A DNA stretch of 64,000 nt from Tubiluchus corallicola (Eukaryota; Animalia; Priapulida). The DNA lies in contig JAQGDQ010000048.1 of assembly GCA_030141605.1 (NCBI GenBank), forward strand, positions 682,001 through 746,000, in the 5' to 3' direction. Below, piece by piece: positions 12,017 through 27,000 of this stretch; position 1 is the first letter of the stretch, and each line of letters starts with the position of its first letter. A program made the translations under genes and the position numbers. The notes under the pieces were generated by a model. It was given only the letters and a program-made list of their open reading frames with translations. It made no database searches and was not told the origin of the DNA.

Positions 12017-15000
12017 GTTGGTGTTTGTTATTTTAATATACACTGAAATGCCTGCATTTTAGTTAAATGTTTAACCTTTGTCCTGCATTGAAGTGAGGAG
12101 CATTCTGATTCTGTCATTTCAAACACATTCTCTTTCTCCTCATTGGATTTTTGAAACAATCGAAGTAGTTGATGAAAATTATATAGGTAACAGAAATTGT
12201 AGAGAGCTAGCACACGGCGGTTAATCAGGCTATTGCTGTCAACTGGATGCGAGTAAAGAGGTGAAAATGTAGAATTGGGAGTCTCAGTTTTGGTGAACTT
12301 TATCAAAATACATGCTGCAAGGCTGGCTATTGTTTTTATGTTCATGTACATTCCTTGAGGTAAGAACATAGCACCAACAAGTGTAACTTTCGGCTTTCTA
12401 TGAGCCAAAATGTCTGTGAGATGTTGATAAGTTTCATATTTATCTTCTTTACCTGGCAGAAATTTTCTGCATAATTTGCAAACTGTTGTGGTGGCTTGAG
12501 GGGGATAGATATATTAATGTATTTGTCAAGTATATTAGAAAAATATGGCTTTAGGAAAGTTGTGAAATAGGCATCCACAAACTCCATGATGATAATGCTG
12601 TATTAAAAATGTTAATCTGTTGGGTGTTGCTGCGTTAAGATATGTAATATTACAAGTGAAAGAAAATTTGCAAAAAGAAGTGCTATAAGGAACATGTTAC
12701 TTCTAAAATTATTCTTGTTGCTCGTCTTTATCTATATGTGTCATGTGCAGTTCAAGTTATTACCATAAGAATTGTTCAGCCACCGTGCTGTTAATGTTAT
12801 TGTCATCGTCAGGAACTCGTTATTTTCTGGGAAGATCAATCTTAGGCCTGTTACTTGCAAGTGGCTTCCTGTCTCCTTCTCAGAATCAATCATTTTTGCT
12901 AATGACGTTGAACTAAAATATTTTATGCGCCAAACTGTAACAATTTTCAGCGGACCGTGTGATTGTTTCAGCCAATTACGGCTAAAAGAATTAACATTTG
13001 CTACAATAGTCGAATAGTTAAGACTGATCCAACTAGACTGGCTGAATAGCCAAATGATCATATAGTGTGCTTTGCAACTGAACTTACGCAATTTCGAGGA
13101 ATGAAAGCAATAAAAAAAGCATGTTTCACAGTTTATTATCAGGTGACAAGAAAAAAGGGGGGAAATTACATAAGGGCACTAGTACTAATATTTTTGTTTT
13201 TTATGTTTTTTACAAATAAGAACACCACACCTCAAAAAAGAATACAATCACATAAAAAATCTCGGAGGCACAGCATATAAAAGTACAAGGGAAAACTCAT
13301 AAGTAAAAAACAGAATCACAGGCCATCAATCACAGAAACTGGGAGAGAGACACAAAAACTAATGAATACTGACAAACTGCAAAGGGTTGGGAGAAGAAGA
13401 CAAGGGGTAGAACTACATGGGGTGAGTATTTAGAGGCTATGAATTCACGAAATAAAAGTAACTGCCTGAAGGTGTACTGTAGTTAGGAGGACTACTTGAT
13501 AGCAGAAAGTACCTTGGCGTTATTGAACTAGGCGTTATTAACGAAGTTGAGGATTGTTGAGCTCCTTTGACCTGCACGGTTGGCCGAGGTCTGAGGAACT
13601 AATAAAAAAAGAGATTCTGACAGAATTCGAATCTTAGTTATTATGCAACACGCGTTATTATTTTGTGGCGTCTCGTTGTTTTTCTTATTAAAAATAGCTT
13701 GCGTGGTATGCAGTGGCTATTTTGCATATTTTTGTGGCAGGATGTAGCCATATGTTTTCGGGCAATGAGTGTCGCAGAAACAACAATCTTTAATTAAAAA
13801 ATGCATTTCTCTTGGCCTATGTACATGTATGTAAGACAACTTCCTCTCCAAAGTTACAATTTTGAAATGCTGAAATAAATTTGGCTTTCGATACAGCTGT
13901 CCAGAAATAATGCCTTTTAGAAAGTTTATAGGTTGTCTGTTGTATCTGGTTCACAGACGATGTTTTTGTCAATGATCCATCCATTGCAACATTGTGATGT
14001 GAAACTGTCATAGGCGTCATCCCCACAGCATGACCGAATATCAAAAAAACCGAATCTGTTAAACAGGTGTCCGTTACAGCATATCTAAAAATCAGAAGAA
14101 AGGGACGAGAATTAAAATGACCGTCACGTTCACTTGGATGAATATGTATAACATATCAGTTGTATACGCCAGTAAGTTATTATGTAGGTTACTGTGTAAT
14201 TGAGTGGATAACCGACAAATTGTTAAGCAGGCTGAGTAGGCAGAAAAAACTACAGTATATACCATTTTTATTTCTTGGAAAAATCTTGATACTTGCTGCG
14301 TGCATTCGGAGAGCGAATTGGCAAACTAATAAAATGTAAATTCTATTTTTTAAGTTTTTACGTACAGCCATTATATACGTAGTTGAAGTAAAATGAGACT
14401 TCATCATTCTTACATTTTCATTTAATGTGAGTGGAGCATAATTATATACCTTCACATAATTATAATAATTAGGTGAGGTATAATTATGATAATATACCTT
14501 CACATGATGATTGTATTCTCCATTGTCACCACATTCTTCCTGCCAGCCCAAAAAGTGCACAATCCAGTATTTTGCTACACTTAGATGAACTGCAAATTAA
14601 ATTTTTGAGTTAATATAACCAGCCAAACACTTTTTTGTGGGTCTTATTAGCAGTAGAAGTGTGATAAACATGTCTTGATAATATTTAAACGTTTTATTTT
14701 AATGTGTCTATGTGGGCTACAAAGATTCTCACTGCCAGGATGTGTGAATTATGCAAGTATGAGTTAGAACAGGTAGTTTAAAATTGGTAGTTTAAAACTG
14801 GCATACACAGGTAGTCTTGCCAGAGTTAGTTTCTACCAACTCATTTTGATAGTATTTCTAAACGAGTAACAAATTTTGCAATGATTTTTAGTGTTTCTTT
14901 ACTCTTCATGACTCCTCACATATGTACACAGTAGTTTCAAAAACTCCATTTTTGTGAGTAAAAGAATAAATGTTTTTTTGTAAGAATTCATTGCGGATTT

Positions 15001-18000
15001 TTTTAAAGAATAAGAAAAGTGTTGGACGACAGACTTTTGAAATGTTTGGAAGCATTGGAACTCATAAGAATGTGTTTTAGGCATGCTGAAACATCTTTGT
15101 TGGAGCACATATGGGGTTCTGATTTCCTAGTGATAAACGACAATGTATTCTTGTTCTAAATCTATATCCTGCTAATCGGGCCTCACAGATGGCGTCACAG
15201 CTTTGACATGGGCAATATTCTTACATTCTCCTTGCTACCTTTTTCTCATAGACAAGGTCGTGGCCGGTCAGAAAAAGGAAGCGGCCTTGCTGAAAGAGAC
15301 TTCAATTCAGGATAATAGCTTAAAGCTAGTGTGAGATTTGAACTTATAGCCATGGATCACAAATCAAGAATTTAACGTACTTGCCTTGCTTTGTACCTCT
15401 TAAAAAAGGTTTTTTATTTTTCAACGTTTTTGTTGGCAGCTTATCTAAGACTGATACCGTTTACACATGTGCAATTGCAAATAACTTTGAAATGAAATTG
15501 TTTTCAAAATTGTTGGTGTGTTCACATTGCAATGTTTTCAAACTGTTTTGCATTAAAATCCTTTGAGCAGTGTGGTGTCAGCAGTGTGCACAACTTAGCT
15601 CTGGCTTGGCATGTTGGAACGCTGTGGTTTCTTGCCTGACTATATATAGCCATTTTTGTAAAAAATGGTAAGTCGTCAGCAAAGCTTCAGTCAGATTGAA
15701 AGTGTAATGCTTAGAATATGATATATGTTTGCTCCTTACCTTGTGTTAACAAAACGCAAACAGCTATCAATGCTGTGCAGAGTTTTGGTGCCATGGTAAT
15801 TCAGATTTGTTAATTTTTAGAATTAAACTTTAGAATGTCAGCCTCTGTAAACCTACTGAGAAAAAAGAATTGTTTTTAAATAGCAACATACATTTATGCA
15901 ATATATAATTCAATATTTTATTTCATTTTGAGCTACCATGGCACATACCACAGACTATAAATCCAAGGATAGTTTTATTCAATCAATTCAATTTTGTAGT
16001 ATTTTGAATAATTTACCTATAAGGAGTTTTTTCAATTTTAGTACAGTTTTTTACTTTACATGGCAGTGGCTCATTAAGGTCAGTTTTGCTAGGAAACTAA
16101 GTATACATTATTATTCTTACCTTTGAGCTGTCTCGTTGAGATACAGTCATCTATAATACTTCCAGTGTCAAATAGCAACCAGGAATAACTTTGGGACGAT
16201 AATACAATAATGCTAATTCTACACAGGAAGGAGGGCAGATTAAGTCCTGTGGGATTGATATATCTGCGTATATATTTAATATGAGTTAGGTTACAATCTT
16301 TTGTTTAGAACTAGTAGGTATATCTTTTTTATTCAGCGCAAATAATTAGTGTAAAACTTGCATTGAGTTTAGCTTACTTGTATAGCTCAGCTCACGCATT
16401 TGACATCACTTGTTTTTCTAACACAGTATACTATAGCTTTATCCTGGATAAGCCTTGAGAATTAGAAAGCAGGAAATCTACCCAGGAAATTTACCTACTG
16501 GCATTCAGACCCTAACAGACTGAAAAACCTTGAGAGATTGTCAAGCTTGATTACCTTATACCGTTGTATAAGTGACATAGTAGAAACATAATGCAAAAAC
16601 TGTACACAGTAATCTATAACTAATAATAAAAATATTATTAACAATTAATTAACAATTATTAATAACTTTTCCATTGAAATTAAATTTAAAAGACTCTCAG
16701 TTTTTTAATCTGTCATTTCTGTGCCAAATGGCTGAATAATAAATAAGGCCTAATAGAACTAGACTTTTCTTGCCTGACCCAGCCTTTCCTTTTGTTGTAA
16801 TTAGACAGGTTGTACTGGCACTTTATTGCTGCCAGGTTTGTTGCTAATTAATATGGAATTATACTACTTTGTCATTGATCGAGATTCTTTCATATATTGT
16901 ACAAATATTACTGGCAATAGGAAACGAGCACTTTTGCATAGACTTGTGTATATCTGAAATTTTAAGATGCCATTTATTTCCTGCTGCCTGCTAGCAAGCA
17001 TTTTTAAAAAAAGGTATTTTGGCCATTTGGGTATTTGCTATCCTTATGGACAAAAGAAGATCCTGCTACTATTTTTCTATGTAGGTCTGACGGGATTCTT
17101 TCTTCACTGATCCGCGTTGGAGCTGCAGCCACAGATCTGGATAAAAAGTGGTACGTGTTTGATGGCCCAGTGGATGCCGTGTGGATCGAAAACATGAACA
17201 CTGTACTGGATGATAATAAGAAGCTTTGCCTTAGCAGTGGAGAAATCATCAAATTGACAGAGGTATTACTAACAACTGTAAATAGATCACACTTATTTTC
17301 GGTTTTGGAGAACAAAGCCTGAATGTCTTGGGTATTGGGTGATGCATAGAGAATGTCCAGTTGGAAATGCAGTTGGGTGTGTACTTAACACATTCCTGTA
17401 GATTAACAATACAGTTATCAGATCTGCTGGAATCTTCTTCACACGTTAGGCATGCAATATGTTAGGTTTAGTCAATTTTCCGGCCCGTCAAATCCACCTT
17501 AAAAATCTGTGAACAATTTTATTGGAAAGAAATTTATTGAGTGAAGTAAAATATGCTGAAACTTTTTGGTCCTCTGTTTTAGATTTATTCTTTAGCAGAT
17601 TGATTGATGATTCACCAGCTGACTGGCTGGCTAGTTAACTGACTGACTGATTGGCTGCTGGTTGAGTGGGTGCCTGGTTAGTTGATTGACTAGTGGTTAG
17701 CTCACTGACTGTGCTAGTTTTCCAAATTGCTTAAGACTACTTGTCGCAGTAACTCACAGTTGATCATCATTTAACAAGTAAAACAATTAAAATTTATTCA
17801 ACTAAGTCATAAGAAAGAAAAAGACTGAATTTCAATAAAATTACTTTTGCAGTAAGTTGTGCTATTCATCTTTTTAGCTCTAAAGACTCATCACTTTTAT
17901 GTGACTCGTGAATTCTCTCATGACTCTAGTTGTGCTTTAAGTGTGAATGTTTGAAATTACTAGTGTTTTCATTTAGCATAATTAGCACTTTAACATAATT

Positions 18001-21000
18001 GCTATATCACTTCTTCAAGGCAAATATTACAGTAAAAAAACATTTACCTAAACCGTTTAGTGTATCTATAGGAACAAACAATGATGTTTGAAGTAGCTGA
18101 TCTTGCTGTCGCATCGCCAGCGACCGTGTCGCGCTGTGGCATGGTTTACGTAGAACCCAGCGTCCTGGGGTTGGGGCCGTTCGTTGATTGCTGGCTGCAT
18201 AAGTTGCCTGCTGCTATAAAACCATTTGAGGGGCAACTAAAAAGTTTGTTTGACAGGTTTCTCGAGGTAAGGTTTATTCTTTGACTGTATTTTGTTTTAT
18301 TAATTGATGGTTTCAGTATTTCGACGCTGATCTCATTGACAGTGTCTACATATGATAAATTGGTAACCAATACTGAAGCACAGTGGTAGATTCTGACTTA
18401 GAAGTAATTGTTACAGAATTACACAGTGATTGCTGAGTCAGCCTATATACTGTAACAGGTTCAGTTTCATCAGCTTATAATCTGTAAATTAGAAACTATA
18501 AACTAGTTGCAATATTTCTTAGTTTATCAGAAACCTGGTATTTCAATGTACAATTCTAATTACCAATTTAGACTCTAAATCTGTTATTTGTTGTAATTAC
18601 AAATCCTAATATTATTAGCTCAGCATATTTCATCTCCTTGTAATACTATATGCCATAGTTGCACATTACTGGAGAAATATTAATAGACAATTAATGAACC
18701 TATCTTAGAAACTTTATTTTCTGTTAGCATACCACAAACAGTTTCAGTAGAAACAATACAGTGCATGGCATGCGAAAGCTATACAGCTAAAGTCAGCACC
18801 ATAGATCACATTTAAATTGGCACAGCTTTAATGAAAAATACATTTAATTCCGTTTCTGATTTTCCAAATGATTTTTAACTTTGTCTTACTTAATGCAGTT
18901 GAACAATTTTAATTATAAGCTTCCATCTAAATAGCTGCATCATAGACAATTCATACAGTATCAGTAAAAGATGACATCTTAGCCTTTTCCCACTCGCTAA
19001 CTCCACCCCACCTTAACCACAGACTGCCAAAGTTTTTCTAAACACCACAGTTTAATTCCTTCTCCTGCAAGCTTTCAAATGACATACTACAACACATACT
19101 TTGCATGTCTACTACTGAAGGATTTCACCCCATTGAATTATTATGGCACACTTTCGAAAGACATATCACAAGATACGCTTCCTACATTACTAGTCAAAGG
19201 TCACATTTCTGACACCAAGGTCCTCCCACCAGTCCCACCCACTATGTTCCAAAATTTATTTAATTTACATAGTTTAATTTGTCTCACAACAAGCTGTCAA
19301 ATGGTGTACTACATTAAATAGTTGCACACTTTCTTACCAAAGGTCACCCCACCCACATAACCAAAGTTAGTTAATTTAGTCCCATGCATTAGAACTCCAC
19401 ACCTTCTATCACACACCTGAGTATCTGCAAATAACTTTCAAGCTCACGAGAAAAAATATTTTGACCTTGAACCACCCACCCAAGGTCATCGAGTACCAAT
19501 AAAAATTGCTACCCCAATCCATGCCTATACAAGCTGACAAAATTTCGTTTTCCGTCTCTCTATATTTTCCTAGTTATTAAGCAAAGTAAAAGCCTTAACA
19601 AAAATACTAAAGGAGCAACTTATCCAAAAGCAAAGGTATTTCAATTCTTCATTGAAAATATCAAACATCAAAAGCAGACATAGGGTATACTAACAGTAGC
19701 TAATAACTGCGAAAATATCGGTCGAATTTTAAAGTACTTGTTTAAGTTGAATTACAATATAACAGGCTGAAACGTGTATTTTTGACATATAATATTTTAT
19801 AAATATAATTTAACAGTTTACTATTGCAATAGTAGCTTTTGTCATCAGAGAGGATCAAAAAATTTTTGTGCACTTGTTTTTACAGCCAAGTTTGGAGTTT
19901 GTACGGCACAATGTGAAAGAAATTGTGACTACAGTGAATAGCAATCTCACTTTTAGCTTGATGAAGCTTATGGGTTGTTTTATTGCAAATTTCTTACCAC
20001 GTGAGGTAAGCAAGTACTGTTTGAATTTTTTTTATCAAACATTTCGGCACACTACATGCCAGAATCTACATTCAAAGGCAGGTGTAAGGTTCTTACACAT
20101 AGCTAAACTAGATATTGCTGTAGTATAGTTTGTGGGAAGGGTTTCCTACCTATCACCCCTCCTTTCATAATATACTATAACCTATCCATGCATAACATGA
20201 TCTTGGAAAGTGCATGACACCGATATCCAGGAGAGTACAGTGGAACTGCTGAATCCTAAAGCAGCCAAAATGCTTTAACTTTTTAACTTTAACTTTACTT
20301 TACAAAAAATGGTTAAAATCTTAAACTTGGTTATAAGAGTCTCTGAAGCACTAAACTTGTGCACATTTGCTGTTTGACTGATGTAACATAAAGAGACTAT
20401 CAGTGGTGATACTGAACTACTTCAGTTTTTGATGTTGTGGATGGAGCTTTATTTACACTGATGAGATGTTGGAACACTCTACGATGTGCCTATTTCTAAA
20501 CTACATGGAGAGGCGTGACTAGCCACCCGTGTCCAGACATTGTGGACGTATCCTGAGTCTACCACAAAGACTTGTGAGCCATTCCATAGTTCATGTTTGA
20601 TTGGTGCTGCAGCCACCGTCATCACCGTTGATTGTTATGGCCATAGACTGAAGTTGTTGATGTGCTGCTGTGACTGACTGGAGTGAGCTATGTCAGCGGA
20701 CTCCTCTCCCATGTCCTTGTCCTTTCAGGGGAAGGGTTAACTGATAAGTAGACATCTTGTTTTTCTTTTTACTTTGTCGTTTTTGTTATTGTTAACTGCC
20801 ATTTTTGCAAAACTATTATTGATAGTTGTGCTAACGACCTGTTCTGATTTATCTAAACAAACTAAAAAGTAATAAAAATAGCAACAGTAATCATAATCTT
20901 TTCCTCCATTTCGTATGAGATTTCGTTGTTGGAATGTTTGAAATCTATGTATGTCATGGTCAACATGGAAAACCATATTGCCTATGCAAACCCCCGTAAA

Positions 21001-24000
21001 CGTAACATCAAGCCTTAGACCCGCTGGTTTTTCAAGTGAGGCCTTCAACATTGCAATCTCTCTAAAGACATATTAATTATACCTGTGTCGTTGAATTTTT
21101 GGTTCATATGCTTTGCTGCCCTGTGGAAAATTGTAGGACAACAACCGCCCACGTATGTTGCACAACCCTTTTATTGTGAATAAAAGGTGACGCGACAGGT
21201 TAGTCAGATTTGTGGATGAGTTGGGAGGTAAAGAGTTGCACCCCTACCATAGAAATCTACTAGCTCCCAACAGCAGGCCTAATCAATCGGACGTTTACAG
21301 TATAACTAGAAGCTGGCTGATTATCAAGGATAACCTTCTAAGATGAGCCAGTGAACTAGCAGCGGTATCCCAAGTTTTTTCAGTATGCATCTTTCCTGTA
21401 CGAGGTTAACAGCTAATGTTTATGATACAATCCAGAGCAAATATTGAACCCACAGCGCCCACATAATGTATTCACATCTGTCCAGTCAGCCATGGACCTT
21501 GTCTCCCAGACCATATGGCTCTCCTATGTCTGATCAAGTTTACTAGAGTTTTTTTCTGAATGACAAGCTTTGTTTACAGTTAATATATGTCAGGATATGG
21601 TTGAACCATTAGTCTGATATCCATTGAACACACATTACTTCCTTACATGATAACTTTACCTGCTAACAAATGATCTTAAAAGTGAATTATTCAGTGGTGA
21701 ATAATTGTGTCCCCCTATAGAGCATTTTCTTGATTAAAAGACTGAAAGAGATGGAATAATGATTACATTTTATTTCTTTTTTTGGATCAATTGAAACAAA
21801 ATGGTAATATGACATTTTGAGTAGAGATTTTGTAACTAATAATTATAATTTCAAAAATGAATGAAACTTTTGCTGTTTTTGTGACTGCTAATTCTTAAGC
21901 GTAGGATGTAGGTGGAATAAAAAGAGACATTAGAAAATTCGAATAATTATTCAATGATTATGTATTTTTACAATGCATTATTATGGAGTTATTAAAAAAC
22001 AATCTTTGCCACAATGCTGCTTTTTATTTGTGAAGTCACCATTGTGATGAGTGACTATAAAACTGAGGCTTAGTTAGCAAATTATATCGATCACCCTGAC
22101 TTTCCTTGAGAACTTTCACTTGTTTCTCATTTAATAATTGTGAATGTGCCTGTTGTTCAATACTTTTCTACTACAACGCTTAAAGTGTCATCCCATTATT
22201 GAAATTACTGAAAGTGTGTGGCCTTCTTAATTGGTCTGTAATTGATAATGCACTGCAAAAGCTTTTATGAGATATTTTTAATTTTGTAATGGCACGAACC
22301 CTTTCACTGGAAGCCCATTTGCATGACAAAAAGCTTTGTGTCTGAATCTTGAGATAAAGTTTTGTCTGCAATGTTGCAGCTACTTTTACAAATAAAGGAA
22401 ATTCCTCCCAATGGAGTTGTTTGTCATTTGTTCGTACGTGGATAACCCTGAAGAAATATGTTAAAAGCTTTTTTTGGTTGCTATTTTCTAAAGCAGGCAA
22501 CATCTGAAATATCAGTGATAGCTAAAAAATGACTAAAGAGGCCTGTGAAGAAAGCTGTATGCAGATGTGTCTGTTGTCTGTGAAAAACTGCTGTTTATTC
22601 GTTTTTTTTAGTTGCTTTTCCTTGACAGAAAACATTTCTATTTTTTAAAGACTTTTGTTGAGACAGTTGACAACAGAGTGTCTACTGTGGTTTTCTGCAT
22701 CTACATTTCAATTGAAAAATTTTACATTTATAGCTGAGAAGTAGCTCAAGTTAATTTCCAAGCAATGTGAGAAAAAGGCTCTGTTGTTAGGTATCTCCTG
22801 TCAAATATTTAAGAGGTAGTTGTAGCTCCTCTTCAAAACATAATTTTATTTTAATTTAGTCTTGTGACTTTTGTTGCTCAGCTTTAAAATAAATTGCATT
22901 TTCGGTAGATCTTGGCATATAGAACTATTTCTTTAAATTGGCTTGTACTTCTTTAAGAATTTTCGAATTTGCAGCTTCACTTGCGTCACCATGCTGTACT
23001 ACTATTACCGTAATTGTTTTCTTTTTGGCTTATAATGTAGAGGACTTTTTCACATAGAAAAATAATTGCTGTTATTTTATGACCATGATATCAAGGTTTT
23101 TTGGCCAGCACTTGAACCTCAAACCTTCTACTTTTCATATAGTCGTAAAAACATGTTGGAGATTGGCCTTTTTCTAATTTTTATAAAAATAAATCAATTT
23201 TGGAAGTTATTTCTAAGGGGTATTTTATGTTTCAGTATAGAATTGTTTATAAAAAGGCAGTTAAATAGAAATAACAGTTTACTTGATCAAGACGTTTCGT
23301 AGCTTCTATCTGTTTTTCAAATGAACTAAAAAATAATTTTTTGTAAAAAATTGTTATTATTTAGTTCATATGAAAAAGTAGCTATAGATTCTACCAAAGC
23401 TATGATCAGGCTAATTATTCTTGAAGCAACATCCATGTAACGTGGGAGCATGTGTAATACTGTGGACATTTTGTGAAGAAGGCATGTCATCTATAATATG
23501 CAAGCTCAGTGAAAATGTAAACATAGGCAGCAGTCCGAAATTTTGTTAGACTTTTAATGAGAGTGAATTTGAAATGTCACTGTTGCAGTTAAATATCACA
23601 GTATATGTTTTGTTGTAGGTTATTTTATTTTCCGTATAGGTAAAGCAAGCCCTCAATGCAGTCAAAGCTGAAGCACTTCCTAAACTCATTGAACCTTGGT
23701 TCTTTTTCTCCGTTGTCTGGTCGATTGGTGCTACGTGTGATAATGACGGTCGCACCAAGTTTTCTGATTGGCTAAAGGATAAGATGCACGGTGAAGTTGA
23801 ACTTCCCTTTCCAGATACTGGTTTGGTTTACGATTATAGATTTGATGACGGTGGGCTGACGAGCAAAAATGATGATCAAGAGACCCGACCGGTCAGTGTA
23901 CTAAAGAATAACAAAAAAGGCTTTATTGTTATGCAGTAGTGTATATCTTGTATACAGAATACCTTATCGTTTAAATTCAGAATCAGCTTTCGCAAGGGGT

Positions 24001-27000
24001 TTAACAATTTTGACAATCTTTGGAGGCAGAATCAATAGAAAGTATGTGGTTAGCTTGTTTCTGTAACTCCAGCTATATTAGCTGTTTTATTAGTCAACAC
24101 TGTTAACTGTGTAAACTTGCCAGTGGCATTTCAGTCTTCAGTTCTGTGTGGAGCTGGCAAGGCATAGCTTCTTGTATTAAATATAATAATAAACTGTTCT
24201 TTGTTACTTGTATAAAAGAGGGCATAAAAGACTTGTTTGTGGCCACTGATTTTAAAAGTAGCTACCTGTGGTGTAGAATGCATAAGAATACTCAATTTTG
24301 TATTTATTTATAATAAAATTTTTCAGAATTTTTGAATAGTTTCAACCAGAAACATTCTGGCAATCACAGTCATAATCTAATTAACGATATCATTAGTCAC
24401 CAGCTAACTTGAAAAAGTTGATATCCCCCTACAGTCATGAGTACAGGTGGCGCTATTGGATTGTGTTCTACAAGAAGGAAATCTCGGGCCCACTCTGTCA
24501 TGTTGACTGGTAGCTCAGCTGACAGAGCACGGCAGTACATCCCAGGTCGTGGGTTTAAATCTCGACTAGTCCACAATTTTTCAGTGTCTCCTTTCTTTCT
24601 CTAACCCTTTACCCGCAATGGGTGATAACTGTTAAAATAAACCGCTATGGTTTATAAATATTCTGGCAATCACAGTCATTATCTAATTAATGATTTTGTT
24701 AGTTACCAGCAAATTTGAGAAAAGTGTTTTCCTTAGTTTATTATGGAATTTTTCACCGTCTTATTTTTACATCAGACGTTCTGGCAAAAATTGGTGAATT
24801 TGAAACGACCGTCTTTTTTCGGATGTGTAAAGAACATTGCAGCAAAATCGCTTTGACTGAAATAGAAGAAAATCTAGAAACAATAGGAAATAATAAGCCA
24901 GGAGCAATGCAAAATTGAACCATTGAAAAAATAAATAAATTATAAATATATGCATTGTATGATAGATGAGTTGGAAAGGCTGGATGGAAGGAATGCCAGA
25001 ATATACGATTCCATCTGATATGAGATTTACTGATATTATAGTGCCAACAATGGATACAGTTAGAGCATCATTTTTGCTGCATATTTTAGCAACAAATGAA
25101 AAAACTGTGAGTAATGCCTGATACGGTTAATGTTGCTGTTCCTACTTTACTGCTGATGTTTATTTTTCGAGTTTTTCGACAAATGTTTGTTTTCTGTGCT
25201 GGTGTTGATTAAACATAATTGTTGATGTTTGTTAGTTTTTACTTGAGATGTGTATTGTTGATGCTTTTCAGCTGCTTATTTGCTCATAGTTTGTTGTGCC
25301 CTTGATTTAATTTTTTGCTGCAGTTGTGTATTGTTCATATTTTCCCACAGATATTTATTATTTATGTTTGCTGCCCATATTGCTCTGTATGTTTGACATT
25401 ATTTATTATTGATAGATTGCTGTTGACATAAGAGTTGTGTTTAATATTGTAGCTGTAGCTGTTTTGTAGCTAATATTGATTGCCCATTATTTACCGATAA
25501 TGTTTACTTTTTATATTCTGTTGCTAATATTGTTTTTCCATGTTTTGCTGCTAGTTTACCGATTTGTTTTGTTATTAATATTGATTATACATGTTCTGCT
25601 GCTAATGTTTAGTCTTTTGTTTTGTTGCTAATATTGAATATTACATGTTCTGCTGCTAATGTTTAATCTTGTTTTGTTGCTAATATTGCTTGTACATATT
25701 CTGTCTCTAATGCCCACTTTTTATGTTGTGTTATTAATGTTGGTTGTTCATGTTTTGCTGCTGTTTTTTATTTTTATTTTTTGCTGCTAATATTGATTGT
25801 TGGTGTTTTGCTTCTGATATTTACTTTCGGTTTTGTTGCTAATATTGATTTTCCCAGTTTTGCTGCTGATGTTTACTTTTTACGTTTTGTTGCTAATAGT
25901 AATTTTTCATGTGTTGCTGCTAATTTTTACTTCTTTTGTTTTGTTGTTAATATTGAATATGCTTGGTTTGCTGCTGGTGTTTACTCTTTCCATGATGCTG
26001 CTCATTAATAACTTGAGTTAACACAAATGAGCACTACTATTACTCCTGTGAGTAATACTATACAACTTGTTGGAAAAAATTTTGGACTGCATTATGTAAG
26101 TGTGTGGTATTTATTTTTTGTTCTTGTTATTATTGTTAGTAAAATGAATGTTACGTATGTGTTTAGGTTTTGTGTGTTGGACCGACAGGTACAGGCAAGT
26201 CCCTCACGATTGCTGACAAACTATCTCGAGGAATGCCAAAAGAGTTCCTCAGTGATTTCATTAGTTTCTCAGCTAGGACGAGTGCTAATCAAACCCAGGA
26301 TCTTATTGACAGTCGCCTCGATAAGCGGTGTGTTTGCAGTGTGTTGGTGTCATTAACGAAGGGAGTAGCTAGTGGTCATGGTACATGCTTATTGAATGAA
26401 GTTAAGCAATGTTGATCGTGGATGGGTTACTGCACGGAAAATACTGTCTTTGGTTGATTTTATTTGCTGTACTGACCTTGACTATTTATCTTATTAAGAG
26501 AATTGTATGTAAATCCAAATGTAGCTAGGATATTTCTGCTAGTTTTAAGTCTTATCTAGAAGACTGTCCTTGATAAGAAGCTGCTACAACTATCTTTACT
26601 AAAACGATGCTGCTGTTGAGTGCTGCACTGTATTAAACAGTAGGATTGAACTGACCTGAGTATGTTTGCTAGAGAATGCTTACGTAATTAGTGTGAGTTT
26701 GACTTCATAAGGAAGTGTCATTTCTATTTATATTGTAAAATACTGTTCATAAGCTTTGATTATCGAATTGTTATAATTAGATAGATAGATAGATAAATGA
26801 CACACGGCCAATCAAAACAGTAATAAATATTTCATACACAAGATTACATGCATGTTTGGAGGTACGTGCTTAGTAGTATTTTATTCATGATGGTGTTTCT
26901 TCCTTATTTATTGCAAAAAACTGCTGTTATTGCATAAACTTGCATGTTCTGCATATTTTAGCTGGCTGAAAGGAACAGTTCGTGTTCAACTAATTGTTTA

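Noticed and set aside
13130-13600. Possible minus-strand retrotransposon 3' end with AATAAA
   Set aside because: No convincing coding motif, tail or TSD.
17004-17315. Antisense ORFs over dynein exons (also 18146, 23546, 38064, 44015, 49797, 51823, 62259)
   Set aside because: Shadow frames of coding exons with no independent motifs.
20700-20960. RTE-like 5' fragment (MRFRCWNV* resembling an AP endonuclease start)
   Set aside because: Only a few residues and interrupted by a stop; not supportable without a search.
24354-24726. CRISPR-like repeat-spacer array (also considered for 4440-4783)
   Set aside because: Eukaryotic intron, degenerate repeats, irregular spacing, no cas genes.
25781-26021. 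Hydrophobic ORFs that look like membrane proteins
   Set aside because: They are translations of the T-rich minisatellite.
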